DNA of 64,000 bases from Campylobacterota bacterium (GTDB lineage Bacteria; Bdellovibrionota; Bacteriovoracia; Bacteriovoracales; Bacteriovoracaceae): NCBI GenBank assembly GCA_003650125.1, contig QNFX01000004.1, forward strand, positions 19,738 to 83,737. Direction: 5' to 3'. Of this stretch, positions 29,808-39,380 are shown in pieces. A program made the translations under genes and the position numbers. How positions within the stretch are numbered: position 1 is the first letter of the stretch; the number at the start of each line of letters is the position of its first letter. The notes beneath the pieces are model-generated. The model was given only the letters and a program-made list of their open reading frames with translations, was not told the DNA's origin and made no database searches.

Positions 29808-31135
29808 TATCCTTCCCTCTCAATAGTGGTTAATGTTTTCCTAAGCATTGGGCCGTAATCTACTTTCCCTGTATCAGCAAAAGTACAAAGGGCCAAATCT
29901 TCCTCATCTAACTCTAAAGCGCCAAGCTTTTGGGCCATATCAGTATTTCCCGTAATTAGGGACTTAAGGAAAGGAACTGGTACAATATCTAACGGCATAA
30001 TTTTTTCAAACATACCAATTGGTATCATCGCTCTAGGCGAACCATTGGTACTGGAATCTAATTTAAAAGTTTTAGTGGGATTAAAAGCAGATAAGAAGGT
30101 CCTGGTGATGGAAAACTTATTAAAACCTGGAGAATTCCAACCTAGAAATTCTCTTTTTGTTCCTTCTTCCAAAACAGATATCTGATTGTGATAACGTCCT
30201 AAGTAAGAGAAGACCTTATCGCATTTATCTCCCTTCCAAACTGAGCCAGAAATAATTCGAGCATTATTTTCTTCAACTAATTCGGAGTTAACTATATCAA
30301 GACAGTTAGCACCAAGTCTGGTCTTTATAAGTCTGGGGTTTTTAACTAAAGGACCTGCAAGAGAAATTACTCTCTCAGTCCACAGCTCTCCAAGAGCAAA
30401 AAACTTACCGATAGCGATGACATCTTGAAAACCTATATACCAAACCATCTTTTTATCACTAACTGGATCTATAAAGTGAATATGAGTGCCAGGGTTACCT
30501 GCCGGATGAACCCCTTTAAATTCTTTAACTTCAACTTCTGAAACTGCTGGAATACTTTTTCCCGCCTCTTTACACAGATAGGTTTTTCCTTCAGTTAATT
30601 TTGAAATGACTTGTAGGCCTCTTTCAAATTCTTTTACATGTTCAGAAATAACCAGTTCAGGTTCTGCTGCCAAAGGATTTGTATCCATGGCAGTGATAAA
30701 GATTGAATGTGGTGTGCTACCAACTACTGGAATTTTTGAATAGGGTCTGGTTCTAAACGATGTCCAGAGTCCTGTTTCAACCAAGGTTTTAGCAATAGAC
30801 TTTGAATCGAGATTCCTCGGTGGAGCGATATCTACTTGAGACTCTTTATCCGCTACTTGAATTACTAGATTTTGAAATACTCTTTTGGCACCCCTATTAA
30901 TGGCCGAGACTGTTCCTGCAGCAGGTGCGGTGAAGATCACCCCTTCATTTTTTTTATCAGTAAAAAGAGGCTGGCCTATTAAAACTGTATCGCCTTCTTT
31001 TACCAACATGGAGGGTTTCATTCCCATATAGTCACGGCCGTTAACTGCGACAGTCCTCGTTCTTTTGGTATCTTGGATTATTTGTTGGGGAGTACCTTTT
31101 AAAGGTAGAGATAAACCTTTCTTGATTTTAATCAT
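29807..31135 (-). CDS. nqrA: Na+-NQR subunit A
   Basis: [17 protein letters not shown]-terminus typical of NqrA. 442 aa. First gene of the operon. Confidence 0.9.
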   Translation of the reverse strand: MIKIKKGLSLPLKGTPQQIIQDTKRTRTVAVNGRDYMGMKPSMLVKEGDTVLIGQPLFTDKKNEGVIFTAPAAGTVSAINRGAKRVFQNLVIQVADKESQVDIAPPRNLDSKSIAKTLVETGLWTSFRTRPYSKIPVVGSTPHSIFITAMDTNPLAAEPELVISEHVKEFERGLQVISKLTEGKTYLCKEAGKSIPAVSEVEVKEFKGVHPAGNPGTHIHFIDPVSDKKMVWYIGFQDVIAIGKFFALGELWTERVISLAGPLVKNPRLIKTRLGANCLDIVNSELVEENNARIISGSVWKGDKCDKVFSYLGRYHNQISVLEEGTKREFLGWNSPGFNKFSITRTFLSAFNPTKTFKLDSSTNGSPRAMIPIGMFEKIMPLDIVPVPFLKSLITGNTDMAQKLGALELDEEDLALCTFADTGKVDYGPMLRKTLTTIEREG

Positions 31136-31249
31136 GTTAAAACAGACCTATTTTAAAAAATAATTTTCCTAAACTTATACTAAAGTCTACGTAATTTGTA
31201 ATAAATGAATTTAACTAAAGTTAAAGATTGGACACTCAAAGTCAAGTTT

Positions 31250-31906
31250 TTAAAAGCGAAATAATAGGTCGGTGAACTTCGTATTCTCATCCGAATAAAA
31301 GTTCTTACTCTCCAACACTCTAGAAGAGACGATGGTGAAATACGGTTTTAAAAGGTTGAGGTATTTTGACTTGCTTCGTCGCTTCGCATAGGGATCTAAA
31401 AACTCCATCTCACTAATCTGGCGGTCCAATTCCTTATTAGTGGGTACACTAAAATAGAGATAGCGAACTCTTTGGGCGAGAACTGGCAGGATCTGTTTGA
31501 TCTCTTCTTCGGGTAAATAATGAATGACCCCGGTGCAGATTCCCAGATCAATGGCCTTTTTCCCCCGCCATTTTTTTTTGCACCAAGAGAGGAGATCAGT
31601 ATTTTCTAATTTGATATCATAGGATTTAAGCAGTTTTTGGGATTGAAGAAAGCCATGTTCTGAGGGCTCTATTCCCCAGGCCTTTTGCGGGTTAAAAGTT
31701 TTGTAAAACTCTCTTAAAAGATAACCCAGGCCATGGCCTAAATCGATCATACTTTTAACTTCCACATTTTCCAGGTCAAAGAAGTTTTTGAGGTAGAGCG
31801 CATGACCTTTCGCATTGAAGATGCCATCCATATCCTCTGGCTCAGAATAATTTTTCACCCAATACTCTTTGCTAAAACCTCGGCTTCCATTTTCAATTTT
31901 CATCAT
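31250..31906 (-). CDS. class I SAM-dependent methyltransferase
   Basis: MIDLGHGLGYL motif I. 218 aa. Confidence 0.65.
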   Translation of the reverse strand: MMKIENGSRGFSKEYWVKNYSEPEDMDGIFNAKGHALYLKNFFDLENVEVKSMIDLGHGLGYLLREFYKTFNPQKAWGIEPSEHGFLQSQKLLKSYDIKLENTDLLSWCKKKWRGKKAIDLGICTGVIHYLPEEEIKQILPVLAQRVRYLYFSVPTNKELDRQISEMEFLDPYAKRRSKSKYLNLLKPYFTIVSSRVLESKNFYSDENTKFTDLLFRF

Positions 31907-31974
31907 TTGAGGAGTCTAGGACGGCCCATCTGCTTTTTCAATTGTTGATATTGAAGTGTTCTTGGCATTATCTT

Positions 31975-32985
31975 TTAACGCAAACCATTACCTCTTACAT
32001 CGAAGTGTTTAATTCCTTTAAATTTATTAACTGGAGTTAAATCTTTGATCCGATTATTTCTAAGTTTTAATACTTCAAGATTATTCAACTTAGTAAGTGG
32101 TCTCACGTCAGTTATACGATTATCTGATAAGACTAAATAGCTTAGACTTTTCAAATTTGATAAAACACGAATATTTGAAACATTATTTTTACGAAGATTT
32201 AAGTAATTTAACTTTTTCATATTCGCCAAAGGGGATATATCGAAAATTTTATTTCGACTTAAAGATAAATGATGAAGTTCGGTGAGTCCCGAAATCGGTC
32301 TTAGATCAGTTATTCTATTTAAAAATAACTCCAATCCTCTTAGACTTTTTAATCCTGAAAGAGGTCTTATTTTTGAAACTCGATTATGTCCCAAATCAAG
32401 TCTAACTAGATTTGTTAATCTAGATAACGGTCTAACATCTAAAACCTTATTCTTATAGAGGGATAAATAATGAAGCCCTCTTAAATTAGCTAATGGTTCT
32501 AGATGGGAAATTTCATTCATATTCAAGATTAAAGTCTTTAGTTTTTTTAAACCGGCAAAGGGTTCTAACCTTTGAAGAGGAAAGTTTTGTACTCGATCCC
32601 CAGGAAAAAGTATTCCCGTGTTTAAAATTATACTCTCTTGTTTAAAAATAATCCTATAGGCCTTTTGGCAATCATTTTTATTTTGAAAGACCTGTTTGAG
32701 TCTATTTTGAAAAACATCTCTATTTTTACCGTAGTATTTTCTTGTAGGAAATTTATAGTGTTTAAATTTGCTATTGATACTCGTTTTAACTATTTCACCG
32801 GATGCCCCCGTAATCTCTTTACTATCCATATTAGTAATTGAAATTTTACCTTCTAAATGTATGATTTTTAAAATGGCAACGGTATTGGCAATTTGTAAAT
32901 TAACATTATGAGATTCACATATTTGCAAAAAATTGGCCTGTATTGCAAAAGGCAGAATCATTAACAAAAAAACTAACAACTTCAT
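31975..32985 (-). CDS. secreted leucine-rich-repeat protein (internalin-like 22-residue LRRs)
   Basis: Signal peptide, then about 8.5 tandem LxxLxxLxLxxNxIxDIxPLxx repeats from residue ~146 to the C-terminus. Confidence 0.8.
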   Translation of the reverse strand: MKLLVFLLMILPFAIQANFLQICESHNVNLQIANTVAILKIIHLEGKISITNMDSKEITGASGEIVKTSINSKFKHYKFPTRKYYGKNRDVFQNRLKQVFQNKNDCQKAYRIIFKQESIILNTGILFPGDRVQNFPLQRLEPFAGLKKLKTLILNMNEISHLEPLANLRGLHYLSLYKNKVLDVRPLSRLTNLVRLDLGHNRVSKIRPLSGLKSLRGLELFLNRITDLRPISGLTELHHLSLSRNKIFDISPLANMKKLNYLNLRKNNVSNIRVLSNLKSLSYLVLSDNRITDVRPLTKLNNLEVLKLRNNRIKDLTPVNKFKGIKHFDVRGNGLR

Positions 32986-33011
32986 TTAAAGCTCCCATAT
33001 TCTTAAACTTA

Positions 33012-33020
33012 ATTATATCA
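33012..33020 (-). promoter_or_regulatory. candidate extended -10 promoter element (TGaTATAAT) for the LRR gene
   Basis: The minus strand reads TGATATAAT 27 nt upstream of the ATG at 32985, with GGGAG as SD between them. The -35 is weak (TTCTTG at 17-nt spacing). Confidence 0.35.
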
Positions 33021-33183
33021 CCTTATCGAGTTTTCAAGAATTTTTAGTAATTAGTTGTTTAGCTAATTAAATAATGTTTAGTTGGCCGCTCACTATGCGC
33101 CATGCATTAACAATGTCTTTTTGCAGCCATTTCCTGTCCTATATCATTGTCGGAATCCCTCCTAAAGGCATAGATTGAACTCG

Positions 33184-34506
33184 ATGGAAGATCTACTAAA
33201 AAAATACAATCAACAAGGGCCACGCTATACTAGCTACCCGGCAGTTCCTTTTTGGAAAGGTCCCCCCGATGAAAAGAGGTGGATGGACGATCTTAAAGAA
33301 GAAAAGGCTTCAACCAAAGGTGTAGATATTTATCTACATATCCCTTTTTGTCAGAGCCTATGCTTTTATTGTGGTTGTCACCGAAAAATCACCAAAGACA
33401 AATCCCAAGGGCGAGAATACGTAGAATATATTAAAAAAGAATGGGATATCTACCTTAAAAATCTAGGTGATATAAAAATTAATTCGCTTCATTTAGGGGG
33501 TGGCAGTCCCACCTTTTTAGATCCCGGAGACCTCTCCACCCTGCTTAGTTTCTTTAGACCTTACTTTGCTCAAGATGGATTTATTGGCTCTATTGAAGTA
33601 GATCCCAGGGCCTGCACTGACGAACATTTATTTATTGCTAAAAATAATGGGATTGAAAGAATAAGTTTGGGAATCCAAGATTTTGAACCCAAAGTACAAA
33701 AGGCGATTAATCGAGTTCAAAGTTTTGAAATGGTAGGAACTCTAGTACAAAAAATTCGCCAGATGAAATTCCAATCCCTTAATTTTGATCTTATATATGG
33801 TCTCCCCAATCAAGATGAGGCCTCCATAGCTAAAACGATAAAGCTGGTACTTTTATTATCTCCTGATCTGATTGCCTACTATAGCTACGCACATGTTCCT
33901 TGGAAAATACCTAACCAAAAATTGATCAATGAAGAGAATCTTCCAGAAGGTGTAGAAAAAAGGAATCTTTTTGAACAAGGAAAAAGAGGTCTCAAAGACA
34001 GCAACTATATCGAAGTGGGATTTGACCATTTCGCCAGACCTGACTCTTATTTAGGAAAGGCCTTTACTGCGGGTAAATTAAAAAGAAACTTTATGGGATA
34101 TACTGATAAGAAATCAGAGGTGCTTATTGGACTTGGTGTTTCTTCCATCTCCAATTCTAGAGTAATCATGATACAAAATGAGAAGGACATAAAGAAATAT
34201 TATGAAGCTCTCGACGAGGGAAAACTTCCTATCATCAACGGACATATTAGATGCCAAAAGGATATTATCATTAATGATATTATCCAAGATATCATGTGTT
34301 CTTCCAAGGCAACTTTCAACTCACTAGAGATTGATGGTGGCATGCAAGCAGGACTTGAAGACCTAGAATCTGATGGTTTGATAACATATTCAAAAGATAA
34401 CTTAGAAGTAACCGATTTAGGTCATACCTTTCTTCGAAACGTGGCGATGGTTTTTGATCAATATCTAAAAAGGCCTGATAAAAAGATGTTTAGTCGTACC
34501 GTCTAA
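33184..34506 (+). CDS. hemN: oxygen-independent coproporphyrinogen III oxidase (radical SAM)
   Basis: KYNQQGPRYTSYP, CQSLCFYCGC radical-SAM cluster, GGGSPT, ISLGIQDF. Start moved to the ATG at 33184. Confidence 0.9.
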   Translation: MEDLLKKYNQQGPRYTSYPAVPFWKGPPDEKRWMDDLKEEKASTKGVDIYLHIPFCQSLCFYCGCHRKITKDKSQGREYVEYIKKEWDIYLKNLGDIKINSLHLGGGSPTFLDPGDLSTLLSFFRPYFAQDGFIGSIEVDPRACTDEHLFIAKNNGIERISLGIQDFEPKVQKAINRVQSFEMVGTLVQKIRQMKFQSLNFDLIYGLPNQDEASIAKTIKLVLLLSPDLIAYYSYAHVPWKIPNQKLINEENLPEGVEKRNLFEQGKRGLKDSNYIEVGFDHFARPDSYLGKAFTAGKLKRNFMGYTDKKSEVLIGLGVSSISNSRVIMIQNEKDIKKYYEALDEGKLPIINGHIRCQKDIIINDIIQDIMCSSKATFNSLEIDGGMQAGLEDLESDGLITYSKDNLEVTDLGHTFLRNVAMVFDQYLKRPDKKMFSRTV

Positions 34507-34812
34507 TTATCTACAAGAGTTATTTTTGATTTTATAATCCATCGTTTTTTTTCTGCTATTATATTGTCCTATAACCAATATTTGACAAGGCTGTGGTGGG
34601 ATAACTCCATAACCTCTTTGTCTTGATCCTTTGATAAATTCTGCATCAATTACATAGCGTTCCGGATATCGCCACTCGATTTTTTTAATAGAAACATTTT
34701 TTAAAGTTGGATATAAAAAATCAATTAAGACCTTTAAATTTTTTCGATGGGCCGCAGAAAATGTAGAGGTTGAAGTAAGTAGTAAAAGAAGTCCAAAAGT
34801 CCAAGATTTCAT
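34507..34812 (-). CDS. secreted hypothetical protein (101 aa)
   Basis: Signal peptide MKSWTFGLLLLLTSTSTFSA. No recognised domain. Confidence 0.45.
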   Translation of the reverse strand: MKSWTFGLLLLLTSTSTFSAAHRKNLKVLIDFLYPTLKNVSIKKIEWRYPERYVIDAEFIKGSRQRGYGVIPPQPCQILVIGQYNSRKKTMDYKIKNNSCR

Positions 34813-34958
34813 AAAATTCTCCTTAGAATCCTTTATCGGCCTCCTTTATGACTTTTTTTAATTTGTAACTGACATTTATTATGTTTTTGGCCGATTGAAT
34901 AAATTCTATTTGGCCTATTAATTATTCTACATTGTAAGCATACTAGCAGAGGAAAATT

Positions 34959-35990
34959 ATGAGTGGGCAAGCAAATTATTTGGGACTTAAAGGCATCGAA
35001 TTTATAGAATTCACCTCCCCAGATCCTGGGGCACTTCACCGACTATTTTTAGAATTTGGGTTCTCACGACTCATGCGGCATCAGAGTAAGAAAATTGATT
35101 ATTATAAGCAAAATGATATCCATATTTTATTAAATTATGAAGCTGGAAGTTTTGCAGAAGATTTCAATAAAAAGCATGGCCCCTCACTTTGCTCCATGGG
35201 ACTTAGGGTCGAAAATGCTCCTAAGGCGCAAGAAGTTGCCACTGAAAGAGGTGCAAAACCTGGAACTGGTGATTTTAAAGAACTTCCGGCCATCTACGGC
35301 ATCGGTGAGAGCTTCATTTATTTAATTGATAACTTTAAAGACCCTGAACGCTTTAAAAAAATGGGCTTCATAGATTTAGAAAATCCAGACATCGTACCTG
35401 ATAAAGGATTTATCCTCATTGATCACCTCACCAATAATGTAGAAAAAGGAACCATGAACAAATGGGCCGATTTTTATAAAAATATTTTTGGTTTTACTGA
35501 AATTCGCTATTTCGACATCAAAGGAAAAAAGACGGGACTAACCTCTTACGCGTTAAAATCACCTTGTGGTTCATTTTGTATCCCTATTAATGAGGGAACG
35601 GATAAAAAATCACAAATTAACGAATATCTCGAAGAGTATAAGGGGCCGGGAGTACAACACCTGGCCTTTTTAACTCATGATATTTTGAAATCATTAAAGG
35701 GGCTTAAGGATACTTCTATTGAGACTCTAAATATGGATGATGAATATTACCAGGAAGTATTTGACCGTGTCCCAAACGTAACTGAGGACAAAAAAGAAAT
35801 TAAAGACCTGCAAGTGTTAGTAGACGGTGATGACCAAGGTTATCTCCTGCAGATATTCACCAAAAATTTAATAGGTCCAATTTTCATTGAAATAATTCAA
35901 CGAAAAAATCACTTCTCTTTTGGTGAAGGAAATTTTGGGGCCTTATTTCGCTCAATTGAAAAAGATCAAGAACAACGAGGATATATTTAA
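34959..35990 (+). CDS. hppD: 4-hydroxyphenylpyruvate dioxygenase
   Basis: GLKGIEFIEF, IDHLTNNV, GVQHLAF, LLQIFT, FIEIIQR, GEGNFGALFRSIEKDQ. These include the 2-His-1-Glu ligand contexts. Confidence 0.9.
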   Translation: MSGQANYLGLKGIEFIEFTSPDPGALHRLFLEFGFSRLMRHQSKKIDYYKQNDIHILLNYEAGSFAEDFNKKHGPSLCSMGLRVENAPKAQEVATERGAKPGTGDFKELPAIYGIGESFIYLIDNFKDPERFKKMGFIDLENPDIVPDKGFILIDHLTNNVEKGTMNKWADFYKNIFGFTEIRYFDIKGKKTGLTSYALKSPCGSFCIPINEGTDKKSQINEYLEEYKGPGVQHLAFLTHDILKSLKGLKDTSIETLNMDDEYYQEVFDRVPNVTEDKKEIKDLQVLVDGDDQGYLLQIFTKNLIGPIFIEIIQRKNHFSFGEGNFGALFRSIEKDQEQRGYI

Positions 35991-36000
35991 GGAGAAAATT

Positions 36001-36792
36001 ATGGAACAAGTAGAAATTACGAATAACTTTAATGGTATGAGGTATGAAGGACCTTGGGGACTTCCAGAAGATTATAAACATGCTTTAATTGAACTATTAA
36101 CTTTTCAAGCTGACTCAGAATTTATGGGTGGTATAAGAGTTGCAGAAAACCTCAGATTTGCTCCAAGACCTGAAGAGGCCCTTAGACTTTCTAAAAAAGT
36201 AAAAGAAGAGTATGGCCATGGTGTCTATCTTTGGAACATTCTTAAACCTTTAGGGGTTGATGTGGATGCCAGACTTAAAGCAATTGTCCAAAACCCCTTT
36301 GAGGATGCTCCTGGTGGAACTAAAATCATCAACGCTTTTAAATATAAAAACTGGAAACAACTTTTTACCTGCTGGGAAGACGTCGCAATGTTTTCCACGG
36401 TAGTTACACCCGGTGCAGTTGCCTTTTTAGGTCAATATCAACACTCAAGTTACCTGCCTTGGGCCAAAGTATCTGAAAGAATCTTTACCGAAGAACTAGG
36501 ACACCTTGGTTTTGGTATGTGGGCAGCTAGTCGAGTTATGGAATTTGATGGAGAAAAAGGAAAAGAGAGACTACAAAATGCTATCCCTAAATTTTTATCA
36601 GTAGGTCTTGGTTTTTATGGTCGAGATTCTAAAACCAGTGAACACTTTAAAATGTATCACCGCTTTGGTTTAAAACCCAAATTCCCAGAACAACTAAAAG
36701 ACGAATATCTGCATATTGTAGGGAGTCGTCTTAAAGAATTAGGACTTGAGCTTCCAAAAGATGTTGAAGCTAACTATGACATGAATTTCTAA
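36001..36792 (+). CDS. PaaA/PaaC-like ferritin-fold di-iron protein
   Basis: QADSEF..., KEEYGHGVYLW and TEELGHLGFG (two ExxH motifs) are collinear with E. coli PaaA as I recall it. Start moved to the ATG at 36001, 10 nt after the hppD stop and behind AAGGAG. Confidence 0.6.
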   Translation: MEQVEITNNFNGMRYEGPWGLPEDYKHALIELLTFQADSEFMGGIRVAENLRFAPRPEEALRLSKKVKEEYGHGVYLWNILKPLGVDVDARLKAIVQNPFEDAPGGTKIINAFKYKNWKQLFTCWEDVAMFSTVVTPGAVAFLGQYQHSSYLPWAKVSERIFTEELGHLGFGMWAASRVMEFDGEKGKERLQNAIPKFLSVGLGFYGRDSKTSEHFKMYHRFGLKPKFPEQLKDEYLHIVGSRLKELGLELPKDVEANYDMNF

Positions 36793-36806
36793 ATCAGATG
36801 CCCCCG

Positions 36807-36859
36807 CCTTCAGGCCGCTGTGATGGTATTTACCACCTAGAGGCCTGAAGGTGTTTTTT
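36807..36859 (+). terminator. rho-independent terminator after the hppD/PaaA-like pair
   Basis: 10-bp stem CCTTCAGGCC/GGCCTGAAGG (36807-36816 / 36842-36851) with an inner TGGT/ACCA helix, followed by a T6 run at 36854-36859. Confidence 0.7.
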
Positions 36860-36972
36860 CTACCTTTGACTGCATCATGCTAAACATGATGAGAATCATT
36901 AATTTAAGACATCCAAATCAAAGAGATTTCAGGCCCCATGAAGCAATATCATATTAAAAATGAGGTGAATTT

Positions 36973-37125
36973 ATGCTAGGACTTGGCGCCGGTGAGCTGG
37001 CAGTAGTTGGGGGAATACTTCTTCTTCTCTTTGGAGGAAAAAAGCTTCCTGAACTTGGCGGAGCATTTGCCAAGAGCATTAAAAATTTTCAGAAAGGACT
37101 TAAAGAAAATAAAAAAATTGAATAG
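36973..37125 (+). CDS. tatA: twin-arginine translocase subunit TatA/E
   Basis: Hand-translated 50-aa ORF: MLGLGAGELAVVGGILLLLFGGKKLPELGGAFAKSIKNFQKGLKENKKIE. It has the TM helix, FG hinge and amphipathic helix of TatA. SD is GAGGTGA. Confidence 0.85.
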   Translation: MLGLGAGELAVVGGILLLLFGGKKLPELGGAFAKSIKNFQKGLKENKKIE

Positions 37126-37139
37126 TAACTAATTTATTA

Positions 37140-37234
37140 TTCCTTATCTTGCCTACCTAAAGCGAATGCAATGGAGGTAAGACGACACGGCATAACCTGG
37201 AAACGGGTATGTCTCCCGTATTTGGAGGGGAATA
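37140..37234 (+). promoter_or_regulatory. candidate molybdenum-cofactor (Moco) riboswitch in the moeA leader
   Basis: GC-enriched 112-nt leader. Its 3' segment GTCTCCCGTATTTGGAGGGG-N7-ATG closely resembles the E. coli moaA leader as I recall it (GCCTCCCGTATCTGGAAAGG-N6-ATG). An upstream helix GGCATAACC-TGGAAAC-GGGTATGTC is present. The SD lies inside the conserved 3' segment. Confidence 0.5.
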
Positions 37235-37237
37235 AAC

Positions 37238-38443
37238 ATGACATCTGTAGAACAGGCCCAAAATGCAATTTTTGCTGGTCTAATTCAAAGCAACTCTCAA
37301 AATCAAGATCTGACCGATTGGCCTGGCAAAATATTATGCCAAGAAATAACTGCTGAAAGAGATGGCCCTCCTTTTAATCGTTGTGCAATGGATGGGATTG
37401 CCATTAATTTATCCCACATAGGTAATACCGTTTTTAACTTGGAAGGAGTCCAAGCAGCTGGTGAAATACAAAAAACCTTAAACAATCCTGCCCAGGCCTT
37501 AGAAGTTATGACAGGTGCCCCACTCCCCATCGGATGTGATCTGGTTATTCCCTATGAACAGATTTCAATAAATAATGGGAATGCCGTTTTAAATCCTGGA
37601 CTCAATTTAAAACCAATGCAAAACGTCCATCAAAAGGCCTCTGATTTTAAAAAGGGTGATATTCTTCTGACCAAAGGAAGGCCCTTAAACACTCCTCAAA
37701 TAACCGTGGCCGTCTCCCAAGGTTATAACAAACTAGTTGTAAAGACCTTACCTAAAGTTGCGATCATCAGTAGTGGAGATGAGTTGGTAGATCTTGATAA
37801 AACCCCTCTCCCTCATCAAATTAGAAAATCAAATCCCTATGCAATTCAAAATGAACTTAAATCCATGAGAATTAAAGATTTGGATCTCTATCATTTAAAT
37901 GATGATTTTGATGAGTCTTATTTGTTAATAAAAGGCCTGTTGGAAAAATATCAAATTCTGGTTCTCTCAGGTGGAGTTTCTAAGGGAAAATTTGATCTTC
38001 TACCAGATGTTTTAGAAAAACTAAATGTAACTAAAGTATTTCACCGAATAACTCAGCGGCCAGGTAAACCCTTTTGGTTCGGCAAGGGAGAAAAAGGGCA
38101 AATGATCTTTGCCCTTCCAGGAAATCCCGTATCGGCACTAATCTGCCTCCGCAGATATGTAACCCCGGCCTTAAGAAAAATGGAACTAGGAAAGATGCCA
38201 AACCAACGATTTGCCATTTTAAAAGAACCAATTACCTTTAGAAAAGATTTAACCTTGTTTAAACCAGTCAAAATATCTTATTCACATGATGGTAAGACTT
38301 GGGCCACACCAGTAGAGTTAAATGGCTCTGGTGATTATTTTTCCTTGGCCGAGAGTGATGGTTTCTTAGAATTACCCAGCGAAAAACAAGATTTTTTAAG
38401 TGGCGAGTCCTATCCTCTATACCTTTGGGGGGAAAATGAATAA
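37238..38443 (+). CDS. moeA: molybdopterin molybdenumtransferase MoeA
   Basis: 401 aa. MDGIAI, MTGAPLP, ISSGDELV, LSGGVSKGKFD, LPGNPVSA blocks. Confidence 0.9.
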   Translation: MTSVEQAQNAIFAGLIQSNSQNQDLTDWPGKILCQEITAERDGPPFNRCAMDGIAINLSHIGNTVFNLEGVQAAGEIQKTLNNPAQALEVMTGAPLPIGCDLVIPYEQISINNGNAVLNPGLNLKPMQNVHQKASDFKKGDILLTKGRPLNTPQITVAVSQGYNKLVVKTLPKVAIISSGDELVDLDKTPLPHQIRKSNPYAIQNELKSMRIKDLDLYHLNDDFDESYLLIKGLLEKYQILVLSGGVSKGKFDLLPDVLEKLNVTKVFHRITQRPGKPFWFGKGEKGQMIFALPGNPVSALICLRRYVTPALRKMELGKMPNQRFAILKEPITFRKDLTLFKPVKISYSHDGKTWATPVELNGSGDYFSLAESDGFLELPSEKQDFLSGESYPLYLWGENE

Positions 38444-39377
38444 GCTTATAGATCCTCATGGAAGGTCCATTCATAAATTAAGACTTTCTCTTTTAGATGC
38501 CTGTAATTTTCGCTGTCTATATTGCATGCCCGAAAAAGTAGAGTTCATGCCTAGTGATAAGTTCATGGATAAATTCGAGATCTTTAATGTCACAAAAACA
38601 TTGGTAGATTATGGTATTGATGAAATAAGATTAACAGGTGGTGAGCCTGCCCTGCGAACTGATTTTTTAGAGATTGTTAAACTACTTTCTAAATTACCCT
38701 TAAAAAAATTAGGACTGACATCCAATGGTGTGAGGCTTAAAAAATTCTTGCCAGACCTTAAAAAGTCTAATCTTTTAAATATTAACTTCAGTCTAGATTC
38801 TTTAAATAGAAAAACCTTTAAAACAATCTCCCGCTCTGATTCCCTCGAACAAGTTTTAGAATCCATCTTTTTGGCCAAAGAGCTAGGCTTTAACGTTAAA
38901 ATTAATACCGTAGTTATGAAGGGTCTAAATGATCACGAAATTGAAGATTTTATAGAATTCTCGGGCAAATATGGAATTGAAGTTCGTTTTTTAGAAGTAA
39001 TGAAAATCGGCGTTATGGTTCCAATGTTTGAACGATATTTTATCTCAGCAGATCAACTGATGGCCCAAATAAAGACAAAATGGATTCCAAAAACCATTCC
39101 TGTCCCTGTTGATTCGACATCTTATAATTATACAATCTCTAATGGGGCCAAGATTGGTTTTATCGCCTCGGAGTCAAAACCTTTCTGCCATGGCTGTTCC
39201 CGTTTAAGAATGGGTCCTGATGGATCTATTTTTCCTTGCCTGATGATAGATAAAGGATTTTCATTACGCGGAAAAAACAGAGAAGAGATTGGGGAAGCTT
39301 TAATCAAGACCATGGGACTTAAGCCTACTTATCGAATCGATGAGATGGTTAAACCTATGTATCAAATAGGGGGGTAG
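38436..39377 (+). CDS. moaA: GTP 3',8-cyclase MoaA (radical SAM)
   Basis: LRLSLLDACNFRCLYCMP, RLTGGEP, and a C-terminal CHGCSRLR second-cluster motif. The ATG at 38436 overlaps the moeA stop. Confidence 0.9.
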   Translation: MNKLIDPHGRSIHKLRLSLLDACNFRCLYCMPEKVEFMPSDKFMDKFEIFNVTKTLVDYGIDEIRLTGGEPALRTDFLEIVKLLSKLPLKKLGLTSNGVRLKKFLPDLKKSNLLNINFSLDSLNRKTFKTISRSDSLEQVLESIFLAKELGFNVKINTVVMKGLNDHEIEDFIEFSGKYGIEVRFLEVMKIGVMVPMFERYFISADQLMAQIKTKWIPKTIPVPVDSTSYNYTISNGAKIGFIASESKPFCHGCSRLRMGPDGSIFPCLMIDKGFSLRGKNREEIGEALIKTMGLKPTYRIDEMVKPMYQIGG

Positions 39378-39380
39378 CAA

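Noticed and set aside
31978-32550. Roughly 66-bp periodicity in the DNA that could be mistaken for a repeat or CRISPR-like array
   Set aside because: The periodicity is in-frame within a signal-peptide-bearing ORF and corresponds to 22-residue leucine-rich repeats. The units are diverged at the DNA level and there is no repeat/spacer alternation.
33040-33150. GC-enriched stretch in the 198-nt LRR/hemN divergent spacer, considered as a small RNA or riboswitch
   Set aside because: I could find no stable helix, terminator or known riboswitch core by eye. Left uncalled.
33157-33168. CCCTCCTAAAGG upstream of hemN, resembling the IS right-end hairpin CCCCTCCCTAAAGG
   Set aside because: Only a 3-bp stem can form. 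No similarity to the IS ends extends beyond these 12 nt, and no second end lies nearby. Treated as chance.
34833-35039. 68-aa minus-strand ORF overlapping the hppD start
   Set aside because: It overlaps a high-confidence gene antisense and has no SD or recognisable motif.
36873-36891. 7-bp palindrome CATCATG-CTAAA-CATGATG upstream of tatA, with TTGACT at 36866-36871
   Set aside because: No acceptable -10 hexamer at 16-18 nt spacing, and the stem is short and AT-rich. Not enough to call a promoter, operator or terminator.
37171-37356. 61-aa plus-strand ORF covering the moeA leader and 5' end
   Set aside because: It is out of frame with moeA and lies over the probable Moco riboswitch. There is no SD.
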